A DNA stretch of 64,000 bases from an uncultured Gemmatimonadales bacterium (GTDB taxonomy: Bacteria > Gemmatimonadota > Gemmatimonadetes > Longimicrobiales > RSA9), in assembly GCA_963708135.1 (NCBI GenBank), contig OY970192.1, positions 288,001 to 352,000 on the forward strand, read 5' to 3'. Below, piece after piece: positions 40,036-49,214 of the stretch. A model generated the notes under the pieces. It made no database searches and was not told the DNA's origin. It saw nothing but the letters and a program-made list of their open reading frames with translations. Position 1 is the stretch's first letter. Every line of letters begins with the position of its first letter. Made by a program: the position numbers and the translations under genes.

Positions 40036-40605
40036 TCATCGGCGAGGCTCGCTGTCCCCCAGCCGCGCCGCGTGCGCCGCGGGCTTCTCCGCGTCCGGCC
40101 GCCGGTTGTATTCCGCGGATCTTCCCGGCGGGATGCTGAGCCAGCTCCACTCGCCGCCGCGCAGCATCTTGCTCACGTACACGATCTGCCCGACGTGGTA
40201 GGCGGTGTGTCCGAGCGAGCGGTGCAGCGCCTCGTACACCTTCAGCGACACGCCGCGGATCGTGATGGAGCGCTCGAGGTCGTCGTCCGAAAGCGACGCC
40301 AGCGCCTCCAGCAGCACGCCCCAGCCGTCCTCCCACTTCGCGCGCACCTCGCCCGGGCCAACCTCGCGCGCCGCGAACTCCGACTCCCGCTCCCGCCACG
40401 GCTTCTCGCCGTCCGACGTCAGGAAGTCCGTGAAGCGCGACTTCAGGTTCCCGCTCACGTGCCACACGAGCGTGGCGATCGAGTTGTCCGTCGCCGCGCC
40501 CCGGCGGCCGAGATCCTCGGCCCCGAGCTGCCCGAACGCCGCCTCGCCCAGCGCCTTGTAGCGACGGTACTCCGCCTCGATCGATGCGACGATGTCCCGC
40601 TTCAA
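40036..40605 (-). CDS. DUF1572 / DinB-superfamily protein
   Basis: NSIATLVWHVSGNLKSRFTDFLTSDGEKPWRER, HTAYHVGQIVY, SIPPG. TTG start with GGAGG RBS. Confidence 0.88.
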   Translation of the reverse strand: MKRDIVASIEAEYRRYKALGEAAFGQLGAEDLGRRGAATDNSIATLVWHVSGNLKSRFTDFLTSDGEKPWRERESEFAAREVGPGEVRAKWEDGWGVLLEALASLSDDDLERSITIRGVSLKVYEALHRSLGHTAYHVGQIVYVSKMLRGGEWSWLSIPPGRSAEYNRRPDAEKPAAHAARLGDSEPRR

Positions 40606-40699
40606 CGTTCACCTCCCGGATAGGTGCGGGCGCCCGGGTCCCGGCGCGCGTCCGACATCGCGTGTGGTCGAGTCGCCATGACGCTCCCGATCGACCCGA

Positions 40700-40810
40700 A
40701 GCGCTACAACGGGTCCAGAGAACCTCCGACTCCGTCAACCCGTACAGGCGGAGGCACCGCGACCCCCAACAGCCCCAACATCAGGTAGATCTGACCGCCG
40801 TGATGGATCT
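40700..40810 (-). pseudogene. DinB-family 3' remnant (frameshifted)
   Basis: EIHHGGQIYLMLGLLGVAVPP, then LYGLTESEV in a shifted frame; resembles the DinB C-terminal HHxGQ motif. Confidence 0.5.
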
Positions 40811-40927
40811 CAGCCGAACCGCTGCCGAAACCCCACAAGCGGCCGATGTCAGGCCGGCATGCCTCCAACGTCGCGTGGAAATCGGCGAGCGCCCGGGACT
40901 CAGGGCAGTCCAACCCCCTGGGAACCC

Positions 40928-40966
40928 TTGCCTCGGACCCCGGGTAGTTATTACCATCGTGATAAC
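40928..40966 (+). promoter_or_regulatory. TA promoter with palindromic operator
   Basis: TTGCCT(40928)-18nt-TACCAT(40952); GTTATTAC-CATC-GTGATAAC (40947-40966). Confidence 0.6.
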
Positions 40967-40984
40967 AGTCTCGCGAGGACTCCG

Positions 40985-41212
40985 ATGCCCAAGCAGACCA
41001 CCATTCGTGCGATCGGCAACTCGGCCGGTACGACCATTCCGAAGCCCATGCTCGAGCGATATCATCTGGCGGAAGGCGATACCGTCCATTTGGTCGAGAC
41101 CGAGGAGGGCATCCTGATCACTCCCTTTGATCCCAGCTTTGACGAAGCTATGGAGATCTACGCCGACGGTGCCAAGCGGTACCGCAACGCCATGCGTGAA
41201 CTCTCCAGGTGA
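40985..41212 (+). CDS. AbrB/MazE/SpoVT-family antitoxin
   Basis: IRAIGNSAGTTIPK..GDTVHL..EGILITPFDP; 75 aa; GTGA overlap with the toxin gene. Confidence 0.9.
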   Translation: MPKQTTIRAIGNSAGTTIPKPMLERYHLAEGDTVHLVETEEGILITPFDPSFDEAMEIYADGAKRYRNAMRELSR

Positions 41213-41604
41213 ATGAGCCTCGTTGGCTGACTCCCACCTACGTCCTCGCCATCCACGCGGATCAGATCCAGGCCCACGGAGGCGCTGTCGGACTGCGCGA
41301 CCGTGGGCTCCTCGAATCTGCGCTCCAACGGCCCCGCAACCGACTTCACTACGACCCGGACTCCGACCTTTCGACTCTGGCCGCGGCCTACGGCTTCGGC
41401 ATCGCGCGCGACCATCCCTTCAGCGATGGAAACAAGCGCGTGTCCTTTCAGGCCATGTATCTCTTCCTGGGCCTGAACGGCTTCCGCATCGACGTTGCCG
41501 AGGAAGAAGTCGTCACCACCATGCTCGCTCTGGCAAGTGGTGATCTCGATGAGCCGTCTCTGGCTGCTTGGCTCCGCGATCATATCACCCCACGTTCGCC
41601 CTGA
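41209..41604 (+). CDS. doc: Death-on-curing (Doc/Fic) toxin
   Basis: HGG..GLRD.GLLESAL.RP and the Doc-type motif HPFSDGNKR. Confidence 0.92.
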   Translation: MNEPRWLTPTYVLAIHADQIQAHGGAVGLRDRGLLESALQRPRNRLHYDPDSDLSTLAAAYGFGIARDHPFSDGNKRVSFQAMYLFLGLNGFRIDVAEEEVVTTMLALASGDLDEPSLAAWLRDHITPRSP

Positions 41605-41623
41605 TCTGCTCCGCCACGGCATG

Positions 41624-41731
41624 GCGGTTAACGTTTCCAGGTGAGCGACGCCCGCCGCATGGGGGGTGTCCCGTAGGGGCGTAGCGGCGAACGCCGCTTA
41701 GCCGCTCACCGTGTGTTATGTGAAGTCGCCC
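41624..41731. other. attC-like recombination hairpin (alternatively dif-like site)
   Basis: GGTTAAC(41626)..GGTGAGCG ... CGCTCACC..GTTATGT(41715): outer AAC/GTT boxes plus an inner 8-bp inverted repeat, 96 bp overall. Confidence 0.6.
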
Positions 41732-41752
41732 CTCTGCCCGGCTTCAATCGTG

Positions 41753-42079
41753 CTATCCGCCTACTATGTCGCGATTCGACGACTTGTATCGAGGAATCTT
41801 CTTCAAGATGTCGGCCTCGGCCTCTCGAGCGTGGTACAGATCCCATCGCAGCTGAAGGTTCATCCAGAAGTCCGTCAACGTGCCGAAGTAGGTCGATAGC
41901 CGCAGTGCAGTGCTCGGGGTCACTCCCCGTCGTCCGTTCACGATCTCGTTGACCCGCTGATACGGGACTGCGATCGCGTCGGCAAGCTCCCGCTGCGTCA
42001 GCTCCATCGGGCCGAGAAACTCCTCGAGGAGCATCTCCCCCGGGTGCGTCGGTCGGCAATGGGTCGGTACTCGGACCAT
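41753..42079 (-). CDS. higA: HigA family antitoxin
   Basis: PTHPGEMLLEEFL, LTQRELA..V..QRVNEIVNGRRGVTP.TALRL, FWMNLQ. Confidence 0.92.
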   Translation of the reverse strand: MVRVPTHCRPTHPGEMLLEEFLGPMELTQRELADAIAVPYQRVNEIVNGRRGVTPSTALRLSTYFGTLTDFWMNLQLRWDLYHAREAEADILKKIPRYKSSNRDIVGG

Positions 42080-42087
42080 AGTATGCC

Positions 42088-42381
42088 TCAATGGTAGTCA
42101 ACGACTTCTACGTCTTCCGGTCCTGCGTCCGTCCATCGAAAACAGATCCGGTACTGGCTGTTGATTCGGATGCTGTGCTGACCGCGACGATCTCCCTTCA
42201 AGGCTTCCAATCGATTCCCTGGCGGAACTCGTAGGTCGTCCAACATCCCGGCCGAGTCAACCGCATCGAGCTTCACCGACGCCTTCTGCCACAGCGACAG
42301 TGGAAGCGCTTTCCGAGCTGCCTTCGTCGAACGACCGTAGAACAGATCCTCGGTCGCCGCATCCCGGAATGATCGAATCAT
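42088..42381 (-). CDS. higB: HigB (RelE-like) toxin
   Basis: MIRSFRD..TE, DLRVPPGNRLEALKGDR.GQHSIRIN.QYRICFRW, VDYH. Confidence 0.93.
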   Translation of the reverse strand: MIRSFRDAATEDLFYGRSTKAARKALPLSLWQKASVKLDAVDSAGMLDDLRVPPGNRLEALKGDRRGQHSIRINSQYRICFRWTDAGPEDVEVVDYH

Positions 42382-42386
42382 CTAGC

Positions 42387-42415
42387 ATGATAGCACGGCA
42401 CCCATGCTACGACAA
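42387..42415 (-). promoter_or_regulatory. higBA promoter (near-leaderless) with operator palindrome
   Basis: Minus strand TTGTCG-17nt-(TGC)TATCAT, 5 nt before the ATG; palindrome TAGCACGG-CAC-CCATGCTA (42391-42409). Confidence 0.7.
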
Positions 42416-42470
42416 GTCAGGTGGGGGTCTCTCAACCGCAGCGGATTCAGCGGCCTCCGGGCGATTTCAA

Positions 42471-44231
42471 CCTCCCGTATTCACCACGCGTAGGTTGAGC
42501 CGATTGAGCGCGTGATTTGGAATTCGGCGGCGGCGTGCGTGGCGCCCGGGCTGATTACGGGGACAGCCCCCCTTTCCCCCGGCGCGCCGCCGACGGCTCC
42601 GTGCTCCGATCGCTCCCCGCCCGAGAAGGCCTACGCTGGAGTGGGCAGGGCCAGGGCGGCGGGGGAGCCGCGGGCCGAGTAGCGCCGGCTCATTTCTCGC
42701 CAGAAGCGCTGCCACAGGTGCGCGCGGCCCGCGTCGATGACGAGCGTGAGTCGTCGGCCGCTCACCAGCACGCGTCCCGCCGCTTTGAGCACGAGTTGGC
42801 GGAAGCGCTGGCGGGTCATGACCTGACGTTCGCCGCACGAGACCAGTTCTGCGCCAGCTCTCAGCAGGTTGGCCGCGATGAGGCTCAGCAGCAGGCGCGC
42901 CTCGTTGGCGCCGAAGCTGTCGGTGTCGGGCTCGGGCGTGGCGACGCTCCGCCCGCGGTAGTGCTTCTTGGGCCGCGGCGCCGACGAGAGCGCCAGCGCC
43001 AGCGTGCTTTTCCAGTCCCCGAACTCCCGCTCGGCTTCTCCCCGCGCCCGGTAGCGCTCCAGCAGCGCCGGGCCGTCTACCTCTTCGGTGCTCGCGTTCG
43101 TGAGCAGGAAAAAATGGTCGAGGAACAGCTCCCCCTGCTCGTCCGAGCGCTCCAGCATCACGAGCACCACCCGGCGCGCATGGTCCCAGCGCCCGGCAGC
43201 ATAGGTCAGCTCGTGCGTCCAGATCCGACCTTCGGCCGGCGGGTGTCCAGGCGGCCGCTTCAGGTACGGCGCCGCGAGTCTCTCCAGGCGTGCATTCCCA
43301 CGCAGCCGGGCCACGTAGCGCACGCCCTCGTCCTCCAGCGTGGCCAGCAACTCGTTCTCCGGGAATCCCGCATCCATGCGCAGCCACACCTGCTCCGCCT
43401 GCGTCTTCGCCCAGAGCACCGCGGGGACCACAAAGCCCAGCGCGCCTTGCGCCGTGTGCGCGTTTCCCTCTCGCAGCTCGGCCGCCAGGAAGTCTCCCAA
43501 CTCCCAGCGCAGCACCAGCGGGTGGTAGCAGCAGCAGCCATAGTGCGCGTTCCACGAGCTGCCCGGCTGCAGCCCGTGCACTTCGACCGGCAGCGAATCC
43601 AGATCCAGCGTGACCTCCGCAACGCGCGGCGCGTTCCGGCCCCGCCGCCGCTCCGCACCCCGCAGCAGGAGCGTGGAAAGGCCCTGCCGGTTTCCCGGGT
43701 CGGCCAGCACCGCCAGGAGCCGCGACAGGGTTGGCTGAGAGGCCAGCCCGGAGGCCGCGCCCGCAGCCCCACCCCGCACCGGCGCCGTCCCCCGGCGCCG
43801 CGACACGGCCACGCGCAGCGCCGGATCGGCGCGCAGCAGGTCCGCATCCCGCTGGTCCGTCCATCCCTGCGCCAGCAGGAGCACCTGCGTGAGCATCAGC
43901 TCGAGGAAGTCGTGCGTGATCCGCGCGGGGTCGCGCGGGTCGTGCAGGTGGTGGTGGACCAGCGCCGGGAAGCCCAGCCGCTCCAGCAGCGCACGCAACA
44001 GCACCGCGCCCGCGTCCGAGGTCAGCCGCTCCGGTCGCGCCTCCACGCCCATCGAACGGTTGAAATCCAGCCGGAAAAGTGTACCTTGTTCTTCACCCAT
44101 GGCGTGTTTGTCGTGTGGTCCGGAAGGATGGTTTGGTTTGCACCCCCATCTTACGGTCACACAGGCAGATGCGCCATGGGCGCTTACGCCCTACACAACC
44201 CCTCCACTAACCCGCTCGTGAATACGGCAGG
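42471..44231 (-). mobile_element. IS1380-family insertion sequence
   Basis: Terminal inverted repeats CCTCCCGTATTCAC and (reverse complement) CCTGCCGTATTCAC. Flanks TTCAA/TTCAC form an imperfect 5-bp target duplication. Confidence 0.9.
42631..44100 (-). CDS. IS1380-family transposase
   Basis: LTSDAG, LASQPTLSR, TLDLDS..HG.Q, YHPL, LRMDAGF, YRARGEAE. Start 44100 or 44160. Confidence 0.93.
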   Translation of the reverse strand: MGEEQGTLFRLDFNRSMGVEARPERLTSDAGAVLLRALLERLGFPALVHHHLHDPRDPARITHDFLELMLTQVLLLAQGWTDQRDADLLRADPALRVAVSRRRGTAPVRGGAAGAASGLASQPTLSRLLAVLADPGNRQGLSTLLLRGAERRRGRNAPRVAEVTLDLDSLPVEVHGLQPGSSWNAHYGCCCYHPLVLRWELGDFLAAELREGNAHTAQGALGFVVPAVLWAKTQAEQVWLRMDAGFPENELLATLEDEGVRYVARLRGNARLERLAAPYLKRPPGHPPAEGRIWTHELTYAAGRWDHARRVVLVMLERSDEQGELFLDHFFLLTNASTEEVDGPALLERYRARGEAEREFGDWKSTLALALSSAPRPKKHYRGRSVATPEPDTDSFGANEARLLLSLIAANLLRAGAELVSCGERQVMTRQRFRQLVLKAAGRVLVSGRRLTLVIDAGRAHLWQRFWREMSRRYSARGSPAALALPTPA

Positions 44232-44249
44232 TTCACATAACATCCAGTC

Positions 44250-45575
44250 CAGTAGTGTCCCGTCATAAGTCAAAGAGCTGCAACTGGTTACGAATATCGG
44301 CGTCTGTGGCAGCGTAGCCGGGTGTCGCAAGTACCTGTGGGAGCGAGACTTGCTCGAACGGACAGACGCTCAGGATCTGGAGCAAAGTGTAGAGGTCGCG
44401 CTGGATGTGCAGCCGTTTTCTCACGATTGCGACGAGCACGTACACACTGATCGCGATCCAGATTTGCGTCCGCACGGCGTTGGGGCTCGTTCCATAGAAG
44501 CGCTTGATCCGCAGGTGCTGCTTGATCCACTTGAAGAAGAGCTCGATTTGCCAGCGGCACCGGTACAGGCCGGCGACTGTGGCCGCCGGGAGGAGGAAAT
44601 CGTTGGTCAGTAGCACGACCTCGTTGCCGGTGTCGGGATCCCGCGAGCGGATGCGGCGGAGCTTGTCCGGGTAGGCCTGAGCCGAGCGCTGGACCGTCAG
44701 GCGGATCGTCTGATCGCAGCGGAGTGCGGTGGTCCGGTCCACGGGATGCGAGTAGAGCCGGCGGAACTGGAGGTTGGCCTTCGCGCGCACGATAAACGTC
44801 GTACGGGCGCGGTGTAAGCGGTGAAGCCGTCCGAAGTCGATGTAGCCGCGGTCCATGATGTAGATGGCACCCGGTTCGGGCACGAGCACGTCGAGAATGC
44901 GCACGTCGTGCGTCTTCGCGTCCGTAATCCAAGCGTACGAGGGAATGCTGCCGGCCAGCTGCAGTAGGGTGTGCAGCTTGACGCCCGCCTTCGTGGTGCG
45001 GAAGTGCGCCCAAGGGAAGAGCGAGAGAGCCAGATCGATCGTCGTGGCATCGAGCGCGTAGGCGGTCCGGTCGAGCTCGAGGCCGATCGGTTCGTCCACG
45101 TAGAGCTGGCAAGCGCTCGAGATGAGGGGCTGAGCGAAATCGGCGTAGATCCGCCAGTCGCGCTTCTCGTTCGCCACCGCCAGGGTGTTTCGGGCCACAC
45201 CGCCGCCGAGGCCCATGTGGTACAACTTGTCGGGCACGGCGCGGAAGCATGCTTCGATGTCGCGCAGGCTTTCGCGGTAGGTGAGCTGAGCGAAGGCCAT
45301 GCAGAGGTACTGGTGCCAGCACGTGAAGCTGCGCACCCGTCGATCGCCGTGGTAGCGCCGGACGGCGCGGCGGAAGGTGTGCCGCGGCAGGTGAGCCATG
45401 AGCTGAGCGAAGACGGTCGGTCCGGTGTACATCGGCCACTCCCGGAGTGCAGGGAAGCGGCACGATGGACCGGGCAGAACGCGCGCTCAAGTCCGTGACA
45501 CCTGCGAACGTGGCGCAAGCCATTGGTGTTCAGGCACTTGCAGCATCAGAAACATCCGTTAACGGGACAGTAGTG
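44250..45575 (-). mobile_element. IS4-family insertion sequence
   Basis: TIRs CAGTAGTGTCCCG and (reverse complement) CACTACTGTCCCG. Perfect 8-bp target duplication ATCCAGTC at 44242-44249 and 45576-45583. Confidence 0.93.
44263..45432 (-). CDS. IS4-family transposase (DUF4372 + DDE_Tnp_1)
   Basis: FAQLTYRESLRDIE, LDATTI, GVKLH, MDRGY and the YREK motif YRCRWQIELFFKWIKQ. Confidence 0.95.
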   Translation of the reverse strand: MYTGPTVFAQLMAHLPRHTFRRAVRRYHGDRRVRSFTCWHQYLCMAFAQLTYRESLRDIEACFRAVPDKLYHMGLGGGVARNTLAVANEKRDWRIYADFAQPLISSACQLYVDEPIGLELDRTAYALDATTIDLALSLFPWAHFRTTKAGVKLHTLLQLAGSIPSYAWITDAKTHDVRILDVLVPEPGAIYIMDRGYIDFGRLHRLHRARTTFIVRAKANLQFRRLYSHPVDRTTALRCDQTIRLTVQRSAQAYPDKLRRIRSRDPDTGNEVVLLTNDFLLPAATVAGLYRCRWQIELFFKWIKQHLRIKRFYGTSPNAVRTQIWIAISVYVLVAIVRKRLHIQRDLYTLLQILSVCPFEQVSLPQVLATPGYAATDADIRNQLQLFDL

Positions 45576-45797
45576 ATCCAGTCAACGAATTTCGCTCTTG
45601 CGGCGTTTCAACGAATTCGTTAACCGCGAGCGTTCCGACTGTAATCCGCACCTCCTCGCCGGTCAATGGAATTCCCACTCCCATCGGCGCTCGGGCGTCC
45701 GTCGCCCGCCTGCCATTGCCCCCCGCCCCCCGCCACCCTACCATCCCCCGACCGCCCCTCCGCGGGCAGGCATCCTCGACAACCAGGCAATTCCGCG

Positions 45798-48700
45798 ATG
45801 ATCGATCTCCCGAGCCGGCGCCGCACGGCGCCCGCCCTCGCCGCGTGCGCCGCCGCGCTGACCCTCGCCCTCGCCTCCGCCTCAGCCCACGCCCAGGCGC
45901 CCGTCCCTCGCCGGGCGCGGGCCGCGGGTAGCGTCCGGGCGCCACTGGCCGCTCCCGCCGCGCAGGCCGCGGGTAGCGCCCACACGGAGCACGCCCTCGC
46001 GCGGGCCGCGGGTAGCGCCCAGGCCGCCCCCGCCCAGCTCCCCGCCGCCGCGCTCTCCGGGCTCCGCTGGCGCCTCATCGGCCCGTTCCGCGCCGGGCGC
46101 GCCCTCTCCGCCGCGGGGGTCCCGGGAAACAGCTCCACCTTCTTCTTCGGCGCCGTCGCCGGCGGCGTCTGGAAGACGGTGAACGCCGGCGTCACGTGGG
46201 AGCCGATCTTCGACGGACAGCCGATCGCCGGCGTGGGGGCGCTCGCCGTGGCGGCGTCCGACACGAACGTCATCTACGTCGGCACGGGCGAGGCCGACAT
46301 GCGGTCGGACATCACGTACGGCAACGGCGTCTACAGGACCAGCGATGGCGGAAAGACCTGGCAGCACGTCGGGCTCGACGATACGCGCCACATCGGCAGG
46401 ATCCTGATCGACCCGAAGGACCCGAACACCGTCCTCGTCGCGGCGCTGGGACACGCCTACGGGTCGAACGACGACCGTGGCGTGTACCGATCGACGGATG
46501 GTGGAGAGACGTGGACCAGGACGCTGTTCCGGAACGACAGCACCGGCGCCGTGGACCTCGCCTGGGACCCCGCGTCGCCCGACGTCGTCTACGCGACGCT
46601 GTGGAACGCCCACCGCACGCCGTGGAGCCAGTACCCGCCGGACGAGGGGGCGGGAAGCGGGATCTGGAAGTCGGAGGACGAGGGGCGCACGTGGACGGAG
46701 ATCACGGCGTCGCCTGGATTGCCGTCCGGCAAGCTCGGGCGCATCGGCGTGGCCACGGCGGAGGGCGGGCGGCGCGTCTACGCCATCATTGAAGCCACCA
46801 AAGGCGCCGGGCTGTACCGCTCCGACGACGGCGGCGCGCACTGGCGCTTCCTCTCGGACGACTCGCGCATCACCACGCGGGGCTGGTACTTCGGGCGGGT
46901 GTTCGTGGACCCGTCGAACCCGGACATCGTCTACATGCCGAACCGCGGCATCGTGCGCTCGAAGGACGGCGGCCGCACGCTCGAGACCATCAAGGGCGAG
47001 CCGGGCGGCGACGACTACCACTACGTCTGGATCGACCCGAAGGACGGGACGCACATCATCCAGGCGTCGGACCAGGGCACCAACATCTCGCTCGATGACG
47101 GCGCCACCTGGTCGAGCTGGTACAACCAGCCCACGGCGCAGTTCTACCACGTGGTGACCGACGACCGCTTCCCGTACTGGGTCTACGGCGCGCAGCAGGA
47201 CGCGGGCACGGTGGGCATCGCCAGCCGCAGCGACTACGGCCAGCTCACCTTCCGCGACTGGATGCCCGTCGGCGCGGGCGAGGCGGGCTTCATCGCGCCC
47301 GATCCGGCAGACCCGGACATCATCTACGGCGGCGACACCTACGGCGCCGTCTACCGCTTCGACAGGCGGACCGGCCAGCGGCAGGACATCTCGCCGACGC
47401 CGGCCACCTCGTTCGACACGCCCATGAACCTGCGCTCGCACCGCTTCACCTGGACCTCGCCGATCGTGTTCGATCCGTTCGACCCGAAGACGATCTACCT
47501 GGGCGCGGAGCGGGTGCTGAAGACGACGGATGGCGGGCTCCACTGGACGGCGGCGAGCCCGGACGTCACGGGCGCGACCGAGGCGGCCCGCAAGCAGGCG
47601 GGGCCGCTGACGGTGGAGAACGCGGGCCCGCGCGGCCACGGCGTCGTCTACACCATCGCTCCCTCGCCCGCCCGCGAGGGCGTGATCTGGGCGGGGACCG
47701 ATGTCGGGAAGATCCAGCTCACGCAGGACGGCGGGAAGACGTGGAGGGACGTGACGCCGCCGGGGCTCGGCCCGTGGAGCAAGATCAGCCTGATCGACGC
47801 CGCGCATGGCGACGCCGCCACCGCCTACGCCGCCGTGGACCGCCACCGCCTCGACGACCTCACGCCGCTCATCTACCGCACCCACGACGCGGGCGCGCAC
47901 TGGACGAAGATCACCGACGGCATCCCGCGAGGCGCGTTCGTGCGCGCGGTCCGCGCGGATCCGGTGCAGCCGGGGCTCCTCTACGCGGGCACCGAGCTCG
48001 GCGTCTACGTCTCCTTCGACGACGGCGCGCGCTGGCAGCCGCTGCAGCTGAACCTCCCGACCGTGCCGGTCCGCGACCTGGCCATCCACGGCGCGGACCT
48101 CATCGCCGCCACGCACGGCCGGAGCTTCTGGGTCCTGGACGACGTGGCGCCGCTGCGGCAGCTCGCGGCGGGCAGCGTCGCCGCGGAGCCGTTTCATCTG
48201 TTCGCGCCGGAGCCCGCGTTCCGGCTGCGCCGCAGCAACAACCGGGACACGCCGCTGCCGCCCGAGGAGCCGCACGGCCAGAACCCGCCCGCCGGCGCCA
48301 TCCTCGACTGGTGGCTGAAGGACGCCGCGGCCGGGCCGGCCACGCTCGTGATCACCGATTCCGCAGGCGACGTCGTACGGACGATCACCGGCGCCGACAC
48401 CCCGCCCCCGTACTCCGAGATCCCGTTCTTCACGACCGAGTGGCTGCCGCGGCCGCAGCCGCTCACCACGCACGCGGGCGTGAACCGCTTCGTCTGGGAC
48501 CTGCGCTATCCGCGGCCGCCGGCGTCGAGCTACAGCTACAGCATCTCCGCCATCCCGGGGGAGGGAACCGTGGCGGAGCCGGAGGGGCCGCTCGTCGCGC
48601 CCGGCACCTTCACCGTGAAGCTGACCATCGGCGGCAAGACGGAGACCCGGCGGCTGGTGGTGAAGCCGGACCCGCGCGTCCACGTGCCGGACAGCGTCTT

Positions 48701-49097
48701 CGCCATCCAGCTCGCCGCCGCGAAGCAGATCGTGGCCGACATGAAGGAGGGCGCCGCGGCGGCCCGAGAGATCGCCCCCGTCCGCGCGCGACTCGACTCG
48801 CTGCGCGCGGCGAAGCTCCCCGCGGACGCGGCGCGGCGGGTGGAGGCGCTCGCCGGCCACCTGTCCCTGATCCAGCCCGCCGCCCTGGCGGATCGCATGG
48901 GGGGGCTGCTCACCGTCGTGGAGGGGGCGGACCGCGTGCCGCCCGACCAGGTACGCGTCGCCTACACGAACCTGCACGCCCGCCTGGGCGTCGAGATCGC
49001 CCGCTGGAACCACCTGAAGCGGACCGAGCTGCCGGGGCTCGACGCGGCGCTGAAGAAGGCCGGCGTGCGGGGGATCGAGGTGGCCAGAGGGCAATGA
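45798..49097 (+). CDS. Secreted BNR/Asp-box repeat (sortilin/VPS10-like) glycosyl-hydrolase-like protein
   Basis: WRLIGPFRAGR, many S/T.DGG.TW Asp-boxes, YNQPTAQFY, ATHGRSFWVLD, NRFVWDLRY; signal peptide. Confidence 0.88.
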   Translation: MIDLPSRRRTAPALAACAAALTLALASASAHAQAPVPRRARAAGSVRAPLAAPAAQAAGSAHTEHALARAAGSAQAAPAQLPAAALSGLRWRLIGPFRAGRALSAAGVPGNSSTFFFGAVAGGVWKTVNAGVTWEPIFDGQPIAGVGALAVAASDTNVIYVGTGEADMRSDITYGNGVYRTSDGGKTWQHVGLDDTRHIGRILIDPKDPNTVLVAALGHAYGSNDDRGVYRSTDGGETWTRTLFRNDSTGAVDLAWDPASPDVVYATLWNAHRTPWSQYPPDEGAGSGIWKSEDEGRTWTEITASPGLPSGKLGRIGVATAEGGRRVYAIIEATKGAGLYRSDDGGAHWRFLSDDSRITTRGWYFGRVFVDPSNPDIVYMPNRGIVRSKDGGRTLETIKGEPGGDDYHYVWIDPKDGTHIIQASDQGTNISLDDGATWSSWYNQPTAQFYHVVTDDRFPYWVYGAQQDAGTVGIASRSDYGQLTFRDWMPVGAGEAGFIAPDPADPDIIYGGDTYGAVYRFDRRTGQRQDISPTPATSFDTPMNLRSHRFTWTSPIVFDPFDPKTIYLGAERVLKTTDGGLHWTAASPDVTGATEAARKQAGPLTVENAGPRGHGVVYTIAPSPAREGVIWAGTDVGKIQLTQDGGKTWRDVTPPGLGPWSKISLIDAAHGDAATAYAAVDRHRLDDLTPLIYRTHDAGAHWTKITDGIPRGAFVRAVRADPVQPGLLYAGTELGVYVSFDDGARWQPLQLNLPTVPVRDLAIHGADLIAATHGRSFWVLDDVAPLRQLAAGSVAAEPFHLFAPEPAFRLRRSNNRDTPLPPEEPHGQNPPAGAILDWWLKDAAAGPATLVITDSAGDVVRTITGADTPPPYSEIPFFTTEWLPRPQPLTTHAGVNRFVWDLRYPRPPASSYSYSISAIPGEGTVAEPEGPLVAPGTFTVKLTIGGKTETRRLVVKPDPRVHVPDSVFAIQLAAAKQIVADMKEGAAAAREIAPVRARLDSLRAAKLPADAARRVEALAGHLSLIQPAALADRMGGLLTVVEGADRVPPDQVRVAYTNLHARLGVEIARWNHLKRTELPGLDAALKKAGVRGIEVARGQ

Positions 49098-49214
49098 AGA
49101 GCCGACGTTTCGTTGCCGCCGCGAAGGGTGAAAGGAGTAGCTCGATCGAGGCGTCGGCGCTGAAGAGCACTTGTAGGGTGTGCACCGCAGGGCCGTGAAG
49201 GGATGGGACGACCG

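Noticed and set aside
42471..45575. Composite transposon
   Set aside because: The two IS elements are different families, each with its own target duplication, and carry no cargo between them.
45915..46022. Three GC(G/A)GGCCGCGGGTAGCG repeats as a DNA element
   Set aside because: In-frame coding repeats (AAGS) in the low-complexity N-terminus of the BNR protein.
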